The translations under genes and the position numbers were made by a program. DNA of 64,000 bases, from NCBI GenBank assembly GCA_964567685.1, contig CAZMNO010000011.1:1276-65275 (forward strand), written 5' to 3'. The stretch comes from an uncultured Rhodobacter sp. GTDB lineage: Bacteria; Pseudomonadota; Alphaproteobacteria; Rhodobacterales; Rhodobacteraceae. Of this stretch, positions 1 through 9,760 are shown one piece after another. Below the pieces are notes generated by a model. The model saw only the letters and a list, made by a program, of their open reading frames with translations. It had not been told where the DNA came from and did not search any database. The stretch's first letter is position 1, and each line of letters opens with the position of its first letter.

Positions 1-529
1 TGGCGTATTCAAGTGCGGCCACCCGGCTCAGCCCTACCAGCCCGAATTTCGAGGCCACATAGGGTGCCTTGTTTTTCGAGGCGACCAGCCCATGCACCGA
101 GGCGATATTGATCACCCGGCCAAACCCGCGCCCGGCCATTTTCGGCATCACACAGTGCATGGTGTGAAAGGCCGCCGACAGGTTGACCGACAATACAAGA
201 TCCCATGTTTCTGCGGTCATATCCTCGAGGCTTGCGGTTTTTTGCACGCCGGCATTGTTCACCAGCACGTCAATCGCCCCCCAGTCTTCAACCGCATCAA
301 CCAGCGCTTCAATTGCATCGGGGTCACGCAGATCACCGCCAAAAAACCGGGCGTCCTCGGCTCCGGCCTCGCGCAGCTCTTTTTCGGCGGCAGCAATCTG
401 TTCCTCATCCGCCAGCCCGTGAAAGGCGATGCGGGCCCCTGCCCCGGCGAATGATTTGGCAATCGCCAGCCCGATCCCCTGCACCGATCCTGTCACCAAA
501 GCCGTTTTTCCACGCATCTCGCCCGTCAT
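1..529 (-). CDS. SDR-family oxidoreductase, 3-hydroxybutyrate dehydrogenase-like; 3' end lies outside the window
   Basis: Not in the ORF track because it runs off the edge. My minus-strand translation from ATG 529-527 reads MTGEMRGKTALVTGSVQGIGLAIAKSF...VLVNNAGVQ...INIASVHGLVASKNKAPYVASKFG. It shows the TGxxxGIG Rossmann motif, NNAG and the S...YxxxK catalytic pattern. The start overlaps the stop of the upstream ligase gene (ATGA). Confidence 0.8.
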   Translation of the reverse strand, partial: MTGEMRGKTALVTGSVQGIGLAIAKSFAGAGARIAFHGLADEEQIAAAEKELREAGAEDARFFGGDLRDPDAIEALVDAVEDWGAIDVLVNNAGVQKTASLEDMTAETWDLVLSVNLSAAFHTMHCVMPKMAGRGFGRVINIASVHGLVASKNKAPYVASKFGLVGLSRVAALEYA

Positions 530-2076
530 TCACCTGTCTCCTTGTGCAACCGCGCCCTGAGCTCGGTTTTCAGGACCTTGCCATAGTTGTTCTTGGGCAT
601 CTCATCAATCGCGTAATAGTGCTTGGGGCGCTTGAACCGCGCGATATGCTGAAGACAGTGGGAGTCCAGCTCTTCGCTGGCCGGAACATCACCGTTTTTG
701 CCAACCACGAACGCCACCACCTCTTCCCCCCATTCCGGATGTGCCCGCCCGACAACCGCCGCCTCAACAACTGCGGGATGCTCCAGCAATACCTCCTCGA
801 CCTCGCGCGGATAAACATTGGACCCACCGGAAATGATCATGTCCTTTGAGCGGTCATGCAGGGTCACGAACCCATCTTCATCAATCGCCCCCATGTCGCC
901 GGTCATCAGCCAGCCATCCCTTATCGTATCAGCCGTCGCCCCCGGGTTTTTCCAATACCCCAGCATCACCGCTGATCCCTTGACCGCAATTTCACCGATC
1001 TCACCCGGCGGCAGCGGGTTGAGGTCGTCATCGATCACCTCAACCAATACCGGGTTCTGTGCCCGACCGACCGATCCCAGCCGCTCGCGCCAGCGCTTGT
1101 GGCCGCGGTCAGCGACCAGATCACGCGACAGCGCCGTGATCGTCATCGGGCATTCGCCCTGCCCGTAAACCTGAACGAATCGCGGGCCCATTACGTCAAC
1201 AGCCTCGATAACGTCCGCGACATACATCGGCCCGCCTGCATAGACGATTGTCTTTATCCCCTCGCCCGAACTTTTGGTCGCAACCGCTTCGGCCACCAGC
1301 CGTTTCACCATAGTCGGGGCTGCAAACATCGAGACATTGCCAAGTTTCGGGGCGAGTTCCAGGATCTCGGCGGCATCAAACCCACCTGACAGAGGCACCA
1401 CATGGCGGGCACCGCGGATGACATGCATGAAATTGTAAATCCCCGCACCATGCGACATCGGGGCGGCATAAAGGATCGCATCCTCTCTCCTGACTTCATC
1501 GACATCGGAAAAATACGTCAGCGTCATCGCCTCGATATTGGCGGCAGATATCATCACACCTTTGGGCTTGCCGGTTGTGCCCGATGTATAAAACAACCAG
1601 AGCATGTCATCGCTGGCAATTTCAGCCGGAGAGGGTAAGGGATCGGTCTCATAAAGCGCTTCAAATTCGCCGCCATCGGCCAAGATGATATGCTCAAGGC
1701 AATCCGGCGCCACCTCGCGTAACGCTTCACCAACATCTGAGGATGCGAAAACCAGCCCAACCTCGGCATTGTCGATGATCCAGGCGGCTTCGCGGGCATG
1801 CAGCTTGGCGTTGATCGGTACAGAAGCCGCGCCTGCAAACCAGATGCCGTAAAGCGCTTCCAGATAGGCGCAGCGGTTGGTCATGAAAACAGCCACCCGG
1901 TCGCCCTTGCCTATCCCATAGCGTGCAACCAGCGCACCGCCGATCGACGCGGCCCGACGGGCAAACTCGGCGTAATCCGCAACGACCTTCGTGCCTGCAA
2001 TCAACGCTGGGGCATCAGGTGTCAGCCGTGCGGTTCTTTGCAGCCATTCAGCGGGGTTCATTCGATTCTCCTTCAC
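526..2076 (-). CDS. AMP-dependent acyl-CoA synthetase/ligase (ANL superfamily)
   Basis: 516-aa ORF with the AMP-binding signature LFYTSGTTGKPKGV, the TGD...GF..LHDRSKD hinge region and a C-terminal GKVLK lysine. Confidence 0.9.
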   Translation of the reverse strand: MKENRMNPAEWLQRTARLTPDAPALIAGTKVVADYAEFARRAASIGGALVARYGIGKGDRVAVFMTNRCAYLEALYGIWFAGAASVPINAKLHAREAAWIIDNAEVGLVFASSDVGEALREVAPDCLEHIILADGGEFEALYETDPLPSPAEIASDDMLWLFYTSGTTGKPKGVMISAANIEAMTLTYFSDVDEVRREDAILYAAPMSHGAGIYNFMHVIRGARHVVPLSGGFDAAEILELAPKLGNVSMFAAPTMVKRLVAEAVATKSSGEGIKTIVYAGGPMYVADVIEAVDVMGPRFVQVYGQGECPMTITALSRDLVADRGHKRWRERLGSVGRAQNPVLVEVIDDDLNPLPPGEIGEIAVKGSAVMLGYWKNPGATADTIRDGWLMTGDMGAIDEDGFVTLHDRSKDMIISGGSNVYPREVEEVLLEHPAVVEAAVVGRAHPEWGEEVVAFVVGKNGDVPASEELDSHCLQHIARFKRPKHYYAIDEMPKNNYGKVLKTELRARLHKETGE

Positions 2077-2242
2077 ATCGGCTGACAGGTATCAGCGAGT
2101 TGAGCCATCTATTTAAACCGGCTTTGAGATCACTTCAAACAGGCAATAACTACCGCTTGAAATCCTGTTTCCGACTGTCCATGCTGCGCCGCAAGAGTCG
2201 CCCCGTTTTCAGGGCGCACGTCATCATTGGGAGTTCGGATCA

Positions 2243-3106
2243 ATGCAATATGCAGCCCCTCAATCCGTCGCCGAAGCGGTCGACCTGTTGGCAAACGCCA
2301 CGGGATCGGCCCATGTTCTGGCAGGCGGAACTGACATTCTGGTGCAAATGCGCAGCGGACTGGCAGAGCCTGATCTTTTGGTCGATATCAAACGCATCAG
2401 CGGTATGCGTGATATCACCGAGGAAGGCGGTGGTTTTCGCATCGGTGCCGCCGTTGCCGGATCCGAACTTGGCGAACATGCTGCGCTCAAGGCGCTGTGG
2501 CCCGGTGTCGTCGAAGCCACCGAGCTGATCGGCTCGACCCAGGTTCAGGGCCGCTGCACGATGGCTGGAAATCTCTGCAATGCTTCGCCCGCTGCTGACA
2601 GCGTTCCGGCAATGGTCGCAGCCAACGCTATCGCCCGCATCTCAGGGCCTGACGGCAGCCGCGATTGCCCGGTTGCAGACGTTCCGACCGGCCCGGGCAG
2701 CACCTCGCTGGCAAAGGGCGAGATCGTGACATCGATCTTCCTGCCTGCACGCGCTGCCAATGCCGCGGACGCTTATCTACGCTTCATTCCCAGAACCGAA
2801 ATGGACATCGCCGTTTGTTCTGCCGGTGTGAGCTTGGGCTTTGATGCGTCTGGAACCTGCACGGAGGCACGCGTTGCCATTGGCGCCGTTGCCCCGACCG
2901 TTTTGCTGGTTGATGCGGCGGCTGAAGCTCTGATCGGCAGCAAGCTTGATGAGGCTGCACTTGCGGCCATGGCCGCAAAGGTCAGCGCTGCCTGCGCCCC
3001 AATAGACGACAAGCGCGGAACGGCTGAGTTTCGCACCGATGTTACCGGTGTTCTGGCCCGCCGCGCCGCCCTGATTGCCCAGACAAGAGCAGGAGCAAGC
3101 GCATGA
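2243..3106 (+). CDS. FAD-binding medium subunit of a xanthine dehydrogenase/CO dehydrogenase-family molybdenum hydroxylase (CoxM-like)
   Basis: 287-aa ORF with an N-terminal LAGGTDILV FAD-binding motif and a C-terminal DKRGTAEFR flavoprotein-domain motif. GGGAG RBS before the ATG. 4-bp overlap with the next gene. Confidence 0.9.
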   Translation: MQYAAPQSVAEAVDLLANATGSAHVLAGGTDILVQMRSGLAEPDLLVDIKRISGMRDITEEGGGFRIGAAVAGSELGEHAALKALWPGVVEATELIGSTQVQGRCTMAGNLCNASPAADSVPAMVAANAIARISGPDGSRDCPVADVPTGPGSTSLAKGEIVTSIFLPARAANAADAYLRFIPRTEMDIAVCSAGVSLGFDASGTCTEARVAIGAVAPTVLLVDAAAEALIGSKLDEAALAAMAAKVSAACAPIDDKRGTAEFRTDVTGVLARRAALIAQTRAGASA

Positions 3107-3579
3107 GCAAGATCCATGTCACCACGACAATAAACGGCGACCCGACGGAATTTCTGTGCGAAGCCGATGAAACACTACTGGATGTCCTGCGCGACCGCTT
3201 GCGCATGACCGGTTCAAAAGAGGGCTGCGGCACCGGCGATTGCGGTGCCTGTTCGGTTGAGGTGAACGGCAGGCTGGTCTCCTCCTGCCTCGTTCTCGGG
3301 GCCGAAGCGGAGGGGGCTGAGATCAGCACTATTGAAGGCATGGCCGATGGTGATGTTCTGCACCCGTTGCAGCGCAAATTCCTTGAGCACGCAGCGCTTC
3401 AATGCGGTGTCTGCACGCCGGGCATTCTAGTCGCCAGCAAGGCGCTTTTGGAAAAGAACCCGGATCCGAGCGAAAGCGAGCTGCGCTACTGGCTGGCTGG
3501 CAACCTTTGCCGCTGCACCGGATACGACAAAATTATCGCCGCCGTCATGGACGCAGCGGCTGAAATGCGGGGGGAATGA
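3103..3579 (+). CDS. [2Fe-2S]-binding small subunit of a molybdenum hydroxylase (CoxS-like)
   Basis: 158-aa ORF carrying two cysteine clusters, CGTGDCGACSV and CGVCTPG...CRCTGY, typical of the 2Fe-2S subunits of this family. Confidence 0.92.
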   Translation: MSKIHVTTTINGDPTEFLCEADETLLDVLRDRLRMTGSKEGCGTGDCGACSVEVNGRLVSSCLVLGAEAEGAEISTIEGMADGDVLHPLQRKFLEHAALQCGVCTPGILVASKALLEKNPDPSESELRYWLAGNLCRCTGYDKIIAAVMDAAAEMRGE

Positions 3580-3582
3580 GCC

Positions 3583-5829
3583 ATGGCGCTGGATGAGTAT
3601 CAGAAACGTGAATTCAAAGTCGTCGGCACCACGCCCCTCAGGCCTGATGGCGTTGACAAGGTAACGGGCCGCGCCCTCTTTGGTGCCGATATGTCTGTGC
3701 CCGGGCAGTTGGTTGGGCGCGTTCTGCGCAGCCCGCACGCCCATGCCAAGATCAAGTCAATCGACACCTCAGCCGCTGAAGCCCTGAGCGGGGTGAAAGC
3801 GGTTGTGACGGCGGCTGACTTTCAGGAACTTGAGGCTGGCGATACACGGGATGTCCTCAAAACCATTATCGCCCATGAGAAAGCACTGTTTCATGGCCAC
3901 GCGGTTGCTGCCGTGGCGGCCACCAGCACCTCGATTGCCAAGGCGGCGCTGAAGCTGATCGCCGTGGATTACGAGGTCCTGCCCCATGTGACCGAGATCG
4001 AAGATGCCATCAAACCCGGCGCGCCGATTGTTGATGAGGGTCGGCGGCACCGGCGCGTACCGGAAGAGTTTTCCGACAATTGCACGGGATTTGCCGAGTT
4101 TGGTCATGGCGATCTTGAGGCGGGTTTTGCCAAAGCCGACAAGATCATTGCGCGCACCTTCCGCACTGCGGCGACGCATCAGGGTTATATCGAACCCAAT
4201 GCCTGTCTGGCCTCGATGGGACCCGATGGCAAAGGCGAACTCTGGTGTGCGACACAGGGGCATTACTATGTTCGTGCGCTCTGTGCCGAAATCATGGGCA
4301 TGGATGAAAGCCAGCTCAGGGTCACTGCGTCTGAGATCGGCGGTGGATTTGGCGGCAAGACCACGATCTATATCGAACCTCTGTCGCTGGCGCTGTCGCG
4401 TAAGGCCGGACGCCCGGTCAAGCTGGTGATGAGCCGCGAGGAGGTCTTTAAAGCCTCCGGACCGACGGTGTCTTCACTTATTGACGTCAAGATCGGCATG
4501 ACCAGCGACGGGCGCATCACCGCGGCTGACACACTCATCCGCTATCAGGGCGGCGCGGCACCCAATATCACCAACATCATCGGCGCGCAGGCGGCCTTTG
4601 CGGCTTACGATCTTGATGCCGTACGCGCGCAGGGCGTCAATGTCCTGACCAACCGGCCAAGACAGGCGGCTTATCGTGCACCGGGGGCTCCGCAGGCGAT
4701 TTATGCGGTGGAATCCGTTGTTGATGAACTGTGCCAGGAATTCGGCCTTGATCCTTTGGACGTGCGCCTGATGAACGCCGCGAAGAAAGGCACGAAATCC
4801 TCTTACGGGCCGACTTTTGACGATATCGGCCTTGTGGCCACGCTGGAAGCGGCGAAGAAACATCCGCATTATTCCGCCCCGTTGAAGGAAAATCAAGCGC
4901 GCGGGCTTTCCTGTGGCTTCTGGTTCAATTTCGGTGGCAATACCTGTGTATCGCTCAACATCAGTTTTGACGGCACTGTCTGCGTGACCGAGGGCAATCC
5001 AGATATCGGCGGATCACGCGCCTCTATCAGCATGATGGCAGCCGAAGAACTGGGTATCCCCTATGACAAGGTGCGCACGATCGTTGCCGACACCAACGCG
5101 ATTGGCCATAACGAAGTCACCGACGGCTCGCGTGTGACCTTCGCCGTTGGCCTTGCGACCATCAAAGCGGCTCGCGCTGCGATCCGCGAGATGTGCAGCC
5201 GGGTCGCCAGAATCTGGGAAATCGACGAAGACGCGGTGATCTGGGAGGATGGCTATGCCAAACCGGCAGGCCCCAATGCCGGCGATCACGAACCCATGTC
5301 ACTGGCTGAAATCGCCGCGAAATCCGCCAATACCGGCGGGCCGATTGCCGGACATCACGAGGTTAATGCCGATGGTGCAGGCGTCAGTTTTGGCGTGCAT
5401 CTATGCGATATCGAAGTTGATCACGAAACCGGTGCCACCAAGGTTCTGCGCTACACGGTGTTTCAGGATGCCGGCAAGGCCATTCATCCCGATTATGTCG
5501 AAGGTCAGATGCAGGGCGGTGCGGCGCAGGGGATCGGCTGGGCCCTGAACGAGGAATATATCTACGGGGCCGATGGGCGTTTGCAGAACCCGGGCTTTCT
5601 TGATTATCGCATCCCGGTCGCCTCGGACCTGCCAAAGATCGATACGGTCATTCTGGAAATTCCCAATCCGGGCCATCCCTATGGTGTGCGCGGGGTCGGT
5701 GAAACCTCGATCGTACCACCGCTTGCGGCAATATCCAACGCCATGTCACGCAGTATTGGCACAAGGTTGTTTGAGTTGCCGATGTCGCCACCGCGGGTTC
5801 TGAAGGCGATCAAGGACGCGAAAGGATAG
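3583..5829 (+). CDS. Molybdopterin-binding large subunit of a xanthine dehydrogenase/aldehyde oxidase-family hydroxylase (CoxL-like, not a form-I CO dehydrogenase)
   Basis: 748-aa ORF with GGGFGGK, AAYRAPGAPQ and an a/b-hammerhead-type N-terminus. I do not see the AYxCSFR signature of true CO dehydrogenases. Confidence 0.9.
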   Translation: MALDEYQKREFKVVGTTPLRPDGVDKVTGRALFGADMSVPGQLVGRVLRSPHAHAKIKSIDTSAAEALSGVKAVVTAADFQELEAGDTRDVLKTIIAHEKALFHGHAVAAVAATSTSIAKAALKLIAVDYEVLPHVTEIEDAIKPGAPIVDEGRRHRRVPEEFSDNCTGFAEFGHGDLEAGFAKADKIIARTFRTAATHQGYIEPNACLASMGPDGKGELWCATQGHYYVRALCAEIMGMDESQLRVTASEIGGGFGGKTTIYIEPLSLALSRKAGRPVKLVMSREEVFKASGPTVSSLIDVKIGMTSDGRITAADTLIRYQGGAAPNITNIIGAQAAFAAYDLDAVRAQGVNVLTNRPRQAAYRAPGAPQAIYAVESVVDELCQEFGLDPLDVRLMNAAKKGTKSSYGPTFDDIGLVATLEAAKKHPHYSAPLKENQARGLSCGFWFNFGGNTCVSLNISFDGTVCVTEGNPDIGGSRASISMMAAEELGIPYDKVRTIVADTNAIGHNEVTDGSRVTFAVGLATIKAARAAIREMCSRVARIWEIDEDAVIWEDGYAKPAGPNAGDHEPMSLAEIAAKSANTGGPIAGHHEVNADGAGVSFGVHLCDIEVDHETGATKVLRYTVFQDAGKAIHPDYVEGQMQGGAAQGIGWALNEEYIYGADGRLQNPGFLDYRIPVASDLPKIDTVILEIPNPGHPYGVRGVGETSIVPPLAAISNAMSRSIGTRLFELPMSPPRVLKAIKDAKG

Positions 5830-5832
5830 ATC

Positions 5833-6078
5833 ATGGTCAAGGTACTGATCTGGGGGTCGCTGCGCAGCGCAACCGATGGTCAGGCCGAGGTCGAGGTCGA
5901 AGCCAGCACATTCAAGCAGGTTCTGGACGGGCTGGTGGCCACCTGCCCCGGCCTGACCGCAGATATCGAGCGTGGCGTTTCGCTGGCAATCGATGGCGTG
6001 ATCTACAAGGAAAGCTGGTTCACCCCCGTCAGGCCTGACAGCGAGGTGGTTCTGATGCCGCTGATGGCGGGGGGATAG
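5833..6078 (+). CDS. MoaD/ThiS-family ubiquitin-like beta-grasp protein ending in Gly-Gly
   Basis: 81-aa ORF that starts 4 nt after the large-subunit stop. Its size, the alternating beta-grasp-like pattern and the C-terminal ...LMAGG-stop are the hallmark of sulfur-carrier proteins. Confidence 0.7.
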   Translation: MVKVLIWGSLRSATDGQAEVEVEASTFKQVLDGLVATCPGLTADIERGVSLAIDGVIYKESWFTPVRPDSEVVLMPLMAGG

Positions 6079-6187
6079 CCGGGTTGAAGGAGCCGGATAT
6101 TTTCGCACGGGTTCATGCGCACTCGGCACTATTCCGCCACCTTGCGTTGATTTTGCGACCCGAACGCGTATCATTTACACCTGCAGT

Positions 6188-7528
6188 ATGATGAGGTTAC
6201 GCATGTTCGCTTTCAGTTTCCGCAGTCTGGTTCTTTTCCTTTTGCTGTTTTCCACCAGCGCATTCGCCCAAACCTATGAGGGGATCTATCGCCCGAATTA
6301 CGCTTTTGCCCGCGACTGGTCGTGCAATGCAGATGATATTGGCATGGATGGCGGCGCTGTCGGCTTTGTCAACGGCAAGATGATTGGCGTCGAGAATCAG
6401 TGCGACCTGCTCGACCCGGAGATCGTTCCGGACCGTCCGAAAGCGACAAAGTATAAACGCGACTGTTGGGGTGAAGGCACGCAATACACAGATGAAATCA
6501 TTATCGAAAAAACCTCCATCGGTATCCTCTTTCAGGTGGATGGAGGCGATGAGGTTGAATGGCGTTTTTGCGACGCGCAGGTGGAAGCTGCGACTGACCC
6601 TGAAGACTCTACAGAAAATGAAGAAGCGCAAGCGAGCGTCTGGCATGTGGATACCAGACCGAAAGCCTTTGAAAGTGGCAATGACTACTTTTTCAGCGTG
6701 CCGGGTGATGCGCAATACTGCCGCAACCAGACCGATGCGGCAGCTGATCTGTCGCAATTGCGTGTGCAATGCAGCAACGGCAACCCGGTCGTTTTTGTCG
6801 AAATCGGCACCTGCGATGCGGATGGGCAATCATCCGAGCCGGTTCAGGTTAACTATAAATTCGATGGCGCGGAGGTAAGTACCGCAAACTTCGGACCTCT
6901 CCCCGATCAGGGATCACCAAACCAGATCGGCATCTGGGATGTGGCGACTGCCAACCCGTTTATCCGGGAAATCGCGCAATCAGAAGATCTTACCCTCGCC
7001 TACTCCGTCCGGGGCGAAGTCAGTCAGTTCGTCATGCGCTTCAACGTAACCGGCTTTGCGCAACATATGGATGATTTTGGCAAATCCTGCCCCGGATTGT
7101 ATGTCTCCTATCCCGGAGATCAACCGGTCGAGGATGAGGAAGGGGATACAACGGCAGCGCAAGACCCTGCAGATGGCTCAGGTGAAGCGGGCGAAGAGGC
7201 GCTTGATCTCAGCCGCGCCGAACGGCGCGAGATTCAGCGCAGGCTGTCGTTGATCGGGTATAATACGCGCGGTGTCGATGGAGTTTTCGGCCCGGCAACT
7301 CGGGCGGCGATCAAGCTTTGGCAGATTGATAATGAGCTGACGGCCGATGGCTATCTGTCTCCGTCATCGCTGAAACTGCTCAAATCGCAATCGCAAGCGG
7401 CCTATGCTGACTGGAAAGCCTCCCCCAAGAAACGGTATTTTGGCAGTGACGGATGCCTCAGACGGCCCAATGGCCGGATCATAATGGGGCGAACGCTGCG
7501 GTGTGATTTGCGCGCACTTCAACAGTAA
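6188..7528 (+). CDS. Secreted acidic, Cys-containing protein with a C-terminal peptidoglycan-binding (PG_binding_1-like) domain
   Basis: 446-aa ORF with a signal peptide (MMRLRMFAFSFRSLVLFLLLFSTSAFAQ). The C-terminal region IQRRLSLIGYNTRGVDGVFGPATRAAIKLWQ matches the PG-binding repeat pattern. The N-terminal 330 aa are not recognisable. Confidence 0.7.
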   Translation: MMRLRMFAFSFRSLVLFLLLFSTSAFAQTYEGIYRPNYAFARDWSCNADDIGMDGGAVGFVNGKMIGVENQCDLLDPEIVPDRPKATKYKRDCWGEGTQYTDEIIIEKTSIGILFQVDGGDEVEWRFCDAQVEAATDPEDSTENEEAQASVWHVDTRPKAFESGNDYFFSVPGDAQYCRNQTDAAADLSQLRVQCSNGNPVVFVEIGTCDADGQSSEPVQVNYKFDGAEVSTANFGPLPDQGSPNQIGIWDVATANPFIREIAQSEDLTLAYSVRGEVSQFVMRFNVTGFAQHMDDFGKSCPGLYVSYPGDQPVEDEEGDTTAAQDPADGSGEAGEEALDLSRAERREIQRRLSLIGYNTRGVDGVFGPATRAAIKLWQIDNELTADGYLSPSSLKLLKSQSQAAYADWKASPKKRYFGSDGCLRRPNGRIIMGRTLRCDLRALQQ

Positions 7529-7716
7529 AGCGCAGGCCTTTCGCCCTTTGCGGAAGGTAAATGGTGCTCAAGGGCAGGTTTACCGCGCCAAGGCCATGTT
7601 ACAGATTTTTCGTTTATTTCGATTTTTTGTAACATAGTTCTTGCATCGAATCGAATCTTCTCCTACTCCCGACCAAACGGTCGGTTAATTATCGAATTTC
7701 GTGAAAGGAACCCTGC

Positions 7717-8706
7717 ATGTATGCACAAATGGTGAAAACCGCGGCCACCGGGATCAAATCCGACGCCGAAATGAGCGATCAGGAACGTGCCTTTCAGGCT
7801 CGCATAGACGCAGGCGAAAAAATCGAACCCAAGGACTGGATGCCCGATGATTATCGCGCCACGCTGATCCGCCAGATCGGCCAGCATGCCCATTCCGAGG
7901 TTGTCGGCCAATTGCCCGAGGGCAACTGGATCACCCGTGCGCCAACGCTTGAGCGCAAGGCCATCCTGCTGGCCAAGGTGCAGGACGAGGCCGGGCATGG
8001 TCTTTACCTCTACTCCGCTGCCGAAACCCTGGGCGAAAGCCGCGATGAGCTTGTCCGCCTCTTGCATGAGGGCCGGATGAAATACTCCTCCATCTTCAAC
8101 TACCCGACGCTCAACTGGGCCGATATCGGTGCGGTCGGCTGGCTGGTTGACGGGGCGGCAATCGTCAATCAGGTGGCGCTGCAGCGCACCTCTTACGGCC
8201 CCTATTCCCGCGCCATGGTGCGCATCTGCAAGGAAGAGAGCTTTCACGCCCGTCAGGGATACTCGATCATGATGAAAATGGCCTTTGGCACCAAGGATCA
8301 AAAGACCATGGCGCAGGATGCGCTGAACCGATTGTGGTTCCCCTGCCTCATGATGTTTGGCCCCTCAGATGCAGAAAGCGTGCATTCCGAACAGTCGATG
8401 GCCTGGAAAATCAAGGTCAAAACCAATGACGAGCTGCGCCAGCAATATGTTGACCAGACAATTCCGCAGATCGAATATCTCGGCCTTGACCTGCCGGATG
8501 AGAACATCAAATTCAACGAAGAAACCGGCCATTACGATTTTTCTGAACCCGACTGGTCGGAGTTCTTCGCCGTGATCAAGGGCAACGGCCCCTGCAACAA
8601 GGAACGCATGGCAGCGCGGCGCAAAGCCTGGGACGACGGTGAATGGGTACGTGATGGCCTGCTTGCGCATGGGCGCAAACAAGCCGCACGCGTCGCAGCA
8701 GAATAA
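7717..8706 (+). CDS. paaA: 1,2-phenylacetyl-CoA epoxidase catalytic subunit A
   Basis: 329-aa ORF with diiron ferritin-like motifs ([22 protein letters not shown]). It is first in a paaABCDE-ordered cluster. Confidence 0.95.
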   Translation: MYAQMVKTAATGIKSDAEMSDQERAFQARIDAGEKIEPKDWMPDDYRATLIRQIGQHAHSEVVGQLPEGNWITRAPTLERKAILLAKVQDEAGHGLYLYSAAETLGESRDELVRLLHEGRMKYSSIFNYPTLNWADIGAVGWLVDGAAIVNQVALQRTSYGPYSRAMVRICKEESFHARQGYSIMMKMAFGTKDQKTMAQDALNRLWFPCLMMFGPSDAESVHSEQSMAWKIKVKTNDELRQQYVDQTIPQIEYLGLDLPDENIKFNEETGHYDFSEPDWSEFFAVIKGNGPCNKERMAARRKAWDDGEWVRDGLLAHGRKQAARVAAE

Positions 8707-8717
8707 GGAGAAAAACC

Positions 8718-9002
8718 ATGTCCAATGAATGGCCCCTGTGGGAAGTTTTCATCCGCGGTCAGCATGGCATGAGCCATCGCCATGTCGGCAGCCTGCACGC
8801 GCCAGACGCGGATACCGCAATCAGAAACGCACGCGATGTCTACACGCGGCGCAACGAAGGTGTGTCGATCTGGGTGGTCGAGGCAGCAAAGATCGCGGCC
8901 TCTGATCCCGGTGACAAAGACGCGCTTTATGAGCCCTCGGCTTCCAAAGTCTACCGTCACCCGACGTTTTTTGACATCCCCGATGAAGTGGGGTCGATGT
9001 GA
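8718..9002 (+). CDS. paaB: 1,2-phenylacetyl-CoA epoxidase subunit B
   Basis: 94-aa ORF (WPLWEVFIRGQHGMSHRHVGSLHA...) typical of PaaB; position after paaA. Confidence 0.93.
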   Translation: MSNEWPLWEVFIRGQHGMSHRHVGSLHAPDADTAIRNARDVYTRRNEGVSIWVVEAAKIAASDPGDKDALYEPSASKVYRHPTFFDIPDEVGSM

Positions 9003-9760
9003 TGACTGGCGATCAGGCCTTGTTTGAATACCTCTGCCGACTGGGGGATAATACGCTGGTTCTCGGTCATCGGGTCTCGGAATGGTGCGGGCATTCGCCG
9101 GTGCTGGAAGAGGATATTGCGCTGGCCAACACCGCCCTTGATCTGATCGGCCAGACCCAGCTCTGGCTGGAACTCGCGGGCGAAATTGAAGGTAAAGGCC
9201 GCTCAGCTGATGACCTGGCTTATCTGCGCGACGCTTGGGATTTTCGCAATCTTCTGCTGGTGGAACGCCCGAATGGCGATTTCGGCCAGACCCTGATGCG
9301 CCAGTTCCTGTTTGACGCCTTCCAGCAGGTTCTGCTCACTCGTTTGAAGGACTCGACCGACGAACGTGTCGCCGCCATCGCTGAAAAGGCAGCCAAGGAG
9401 GTCGCCTATCATCTGGACCGCTCCGCTGGCACGGTCGTGGGCCTTGGTGATGGGACACCTGAAAGCCACACGCGGATGCAGGCAGCACTGGATTACCACT
9501 GGGAATATATCGGCGAGATGTTTGAAGGTGACGCGGTTGACGCACTTCTGGCTAAGAACGGCATCGTGCCCGATCCGGCCGATCTGCGGCCTGACTGGGA
9601 AGATCTGGTAGGCGGTTACCTGAAACAGGCAACCCTGACCATTCCGGAAGCCGGGTTCGTCCACAAGGGCGGCAAGACCGGGCGGCATACGGAACATCTG
9701 GGCTATATCCTGGCTGAAATGCAGTTCCTGCAGCGTGCTTATCCGGGGGCGGAGTGGTGA
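8999..9760 (+). CDS. paaC: 1,2-phenylacetyl-CoA epoxidase structural subunit C
   Basis: 253-aa ferritin-like ORF lacking the E-x-x-H ligands. It overlaps paaB by 4 bp, and position and length fit PaaC. Confidence 0.9.
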   Translation: MMTGDQALFEYLCRLGDNTLVLGHRVSEWCGHSPVLEEDIALANTALDLIGQTQLWLELAGEIEGKGRSADDLAYLRDAWDFRNLLLVERPNGDFGQTLMRQFLFDAFQQVLLTRLKDSTDERVAAIAEKAAKEVAYHLDRSAGTVVGLGDGTPESHTRMQAALDYHWEYIGEMFEGDAVDALLAKNGIVPDPADLRPDWEDLVGGYLKQATLTIPEAGFVHKGGKTGRHTEHLGYILAEMQFLQRAYPGAEW

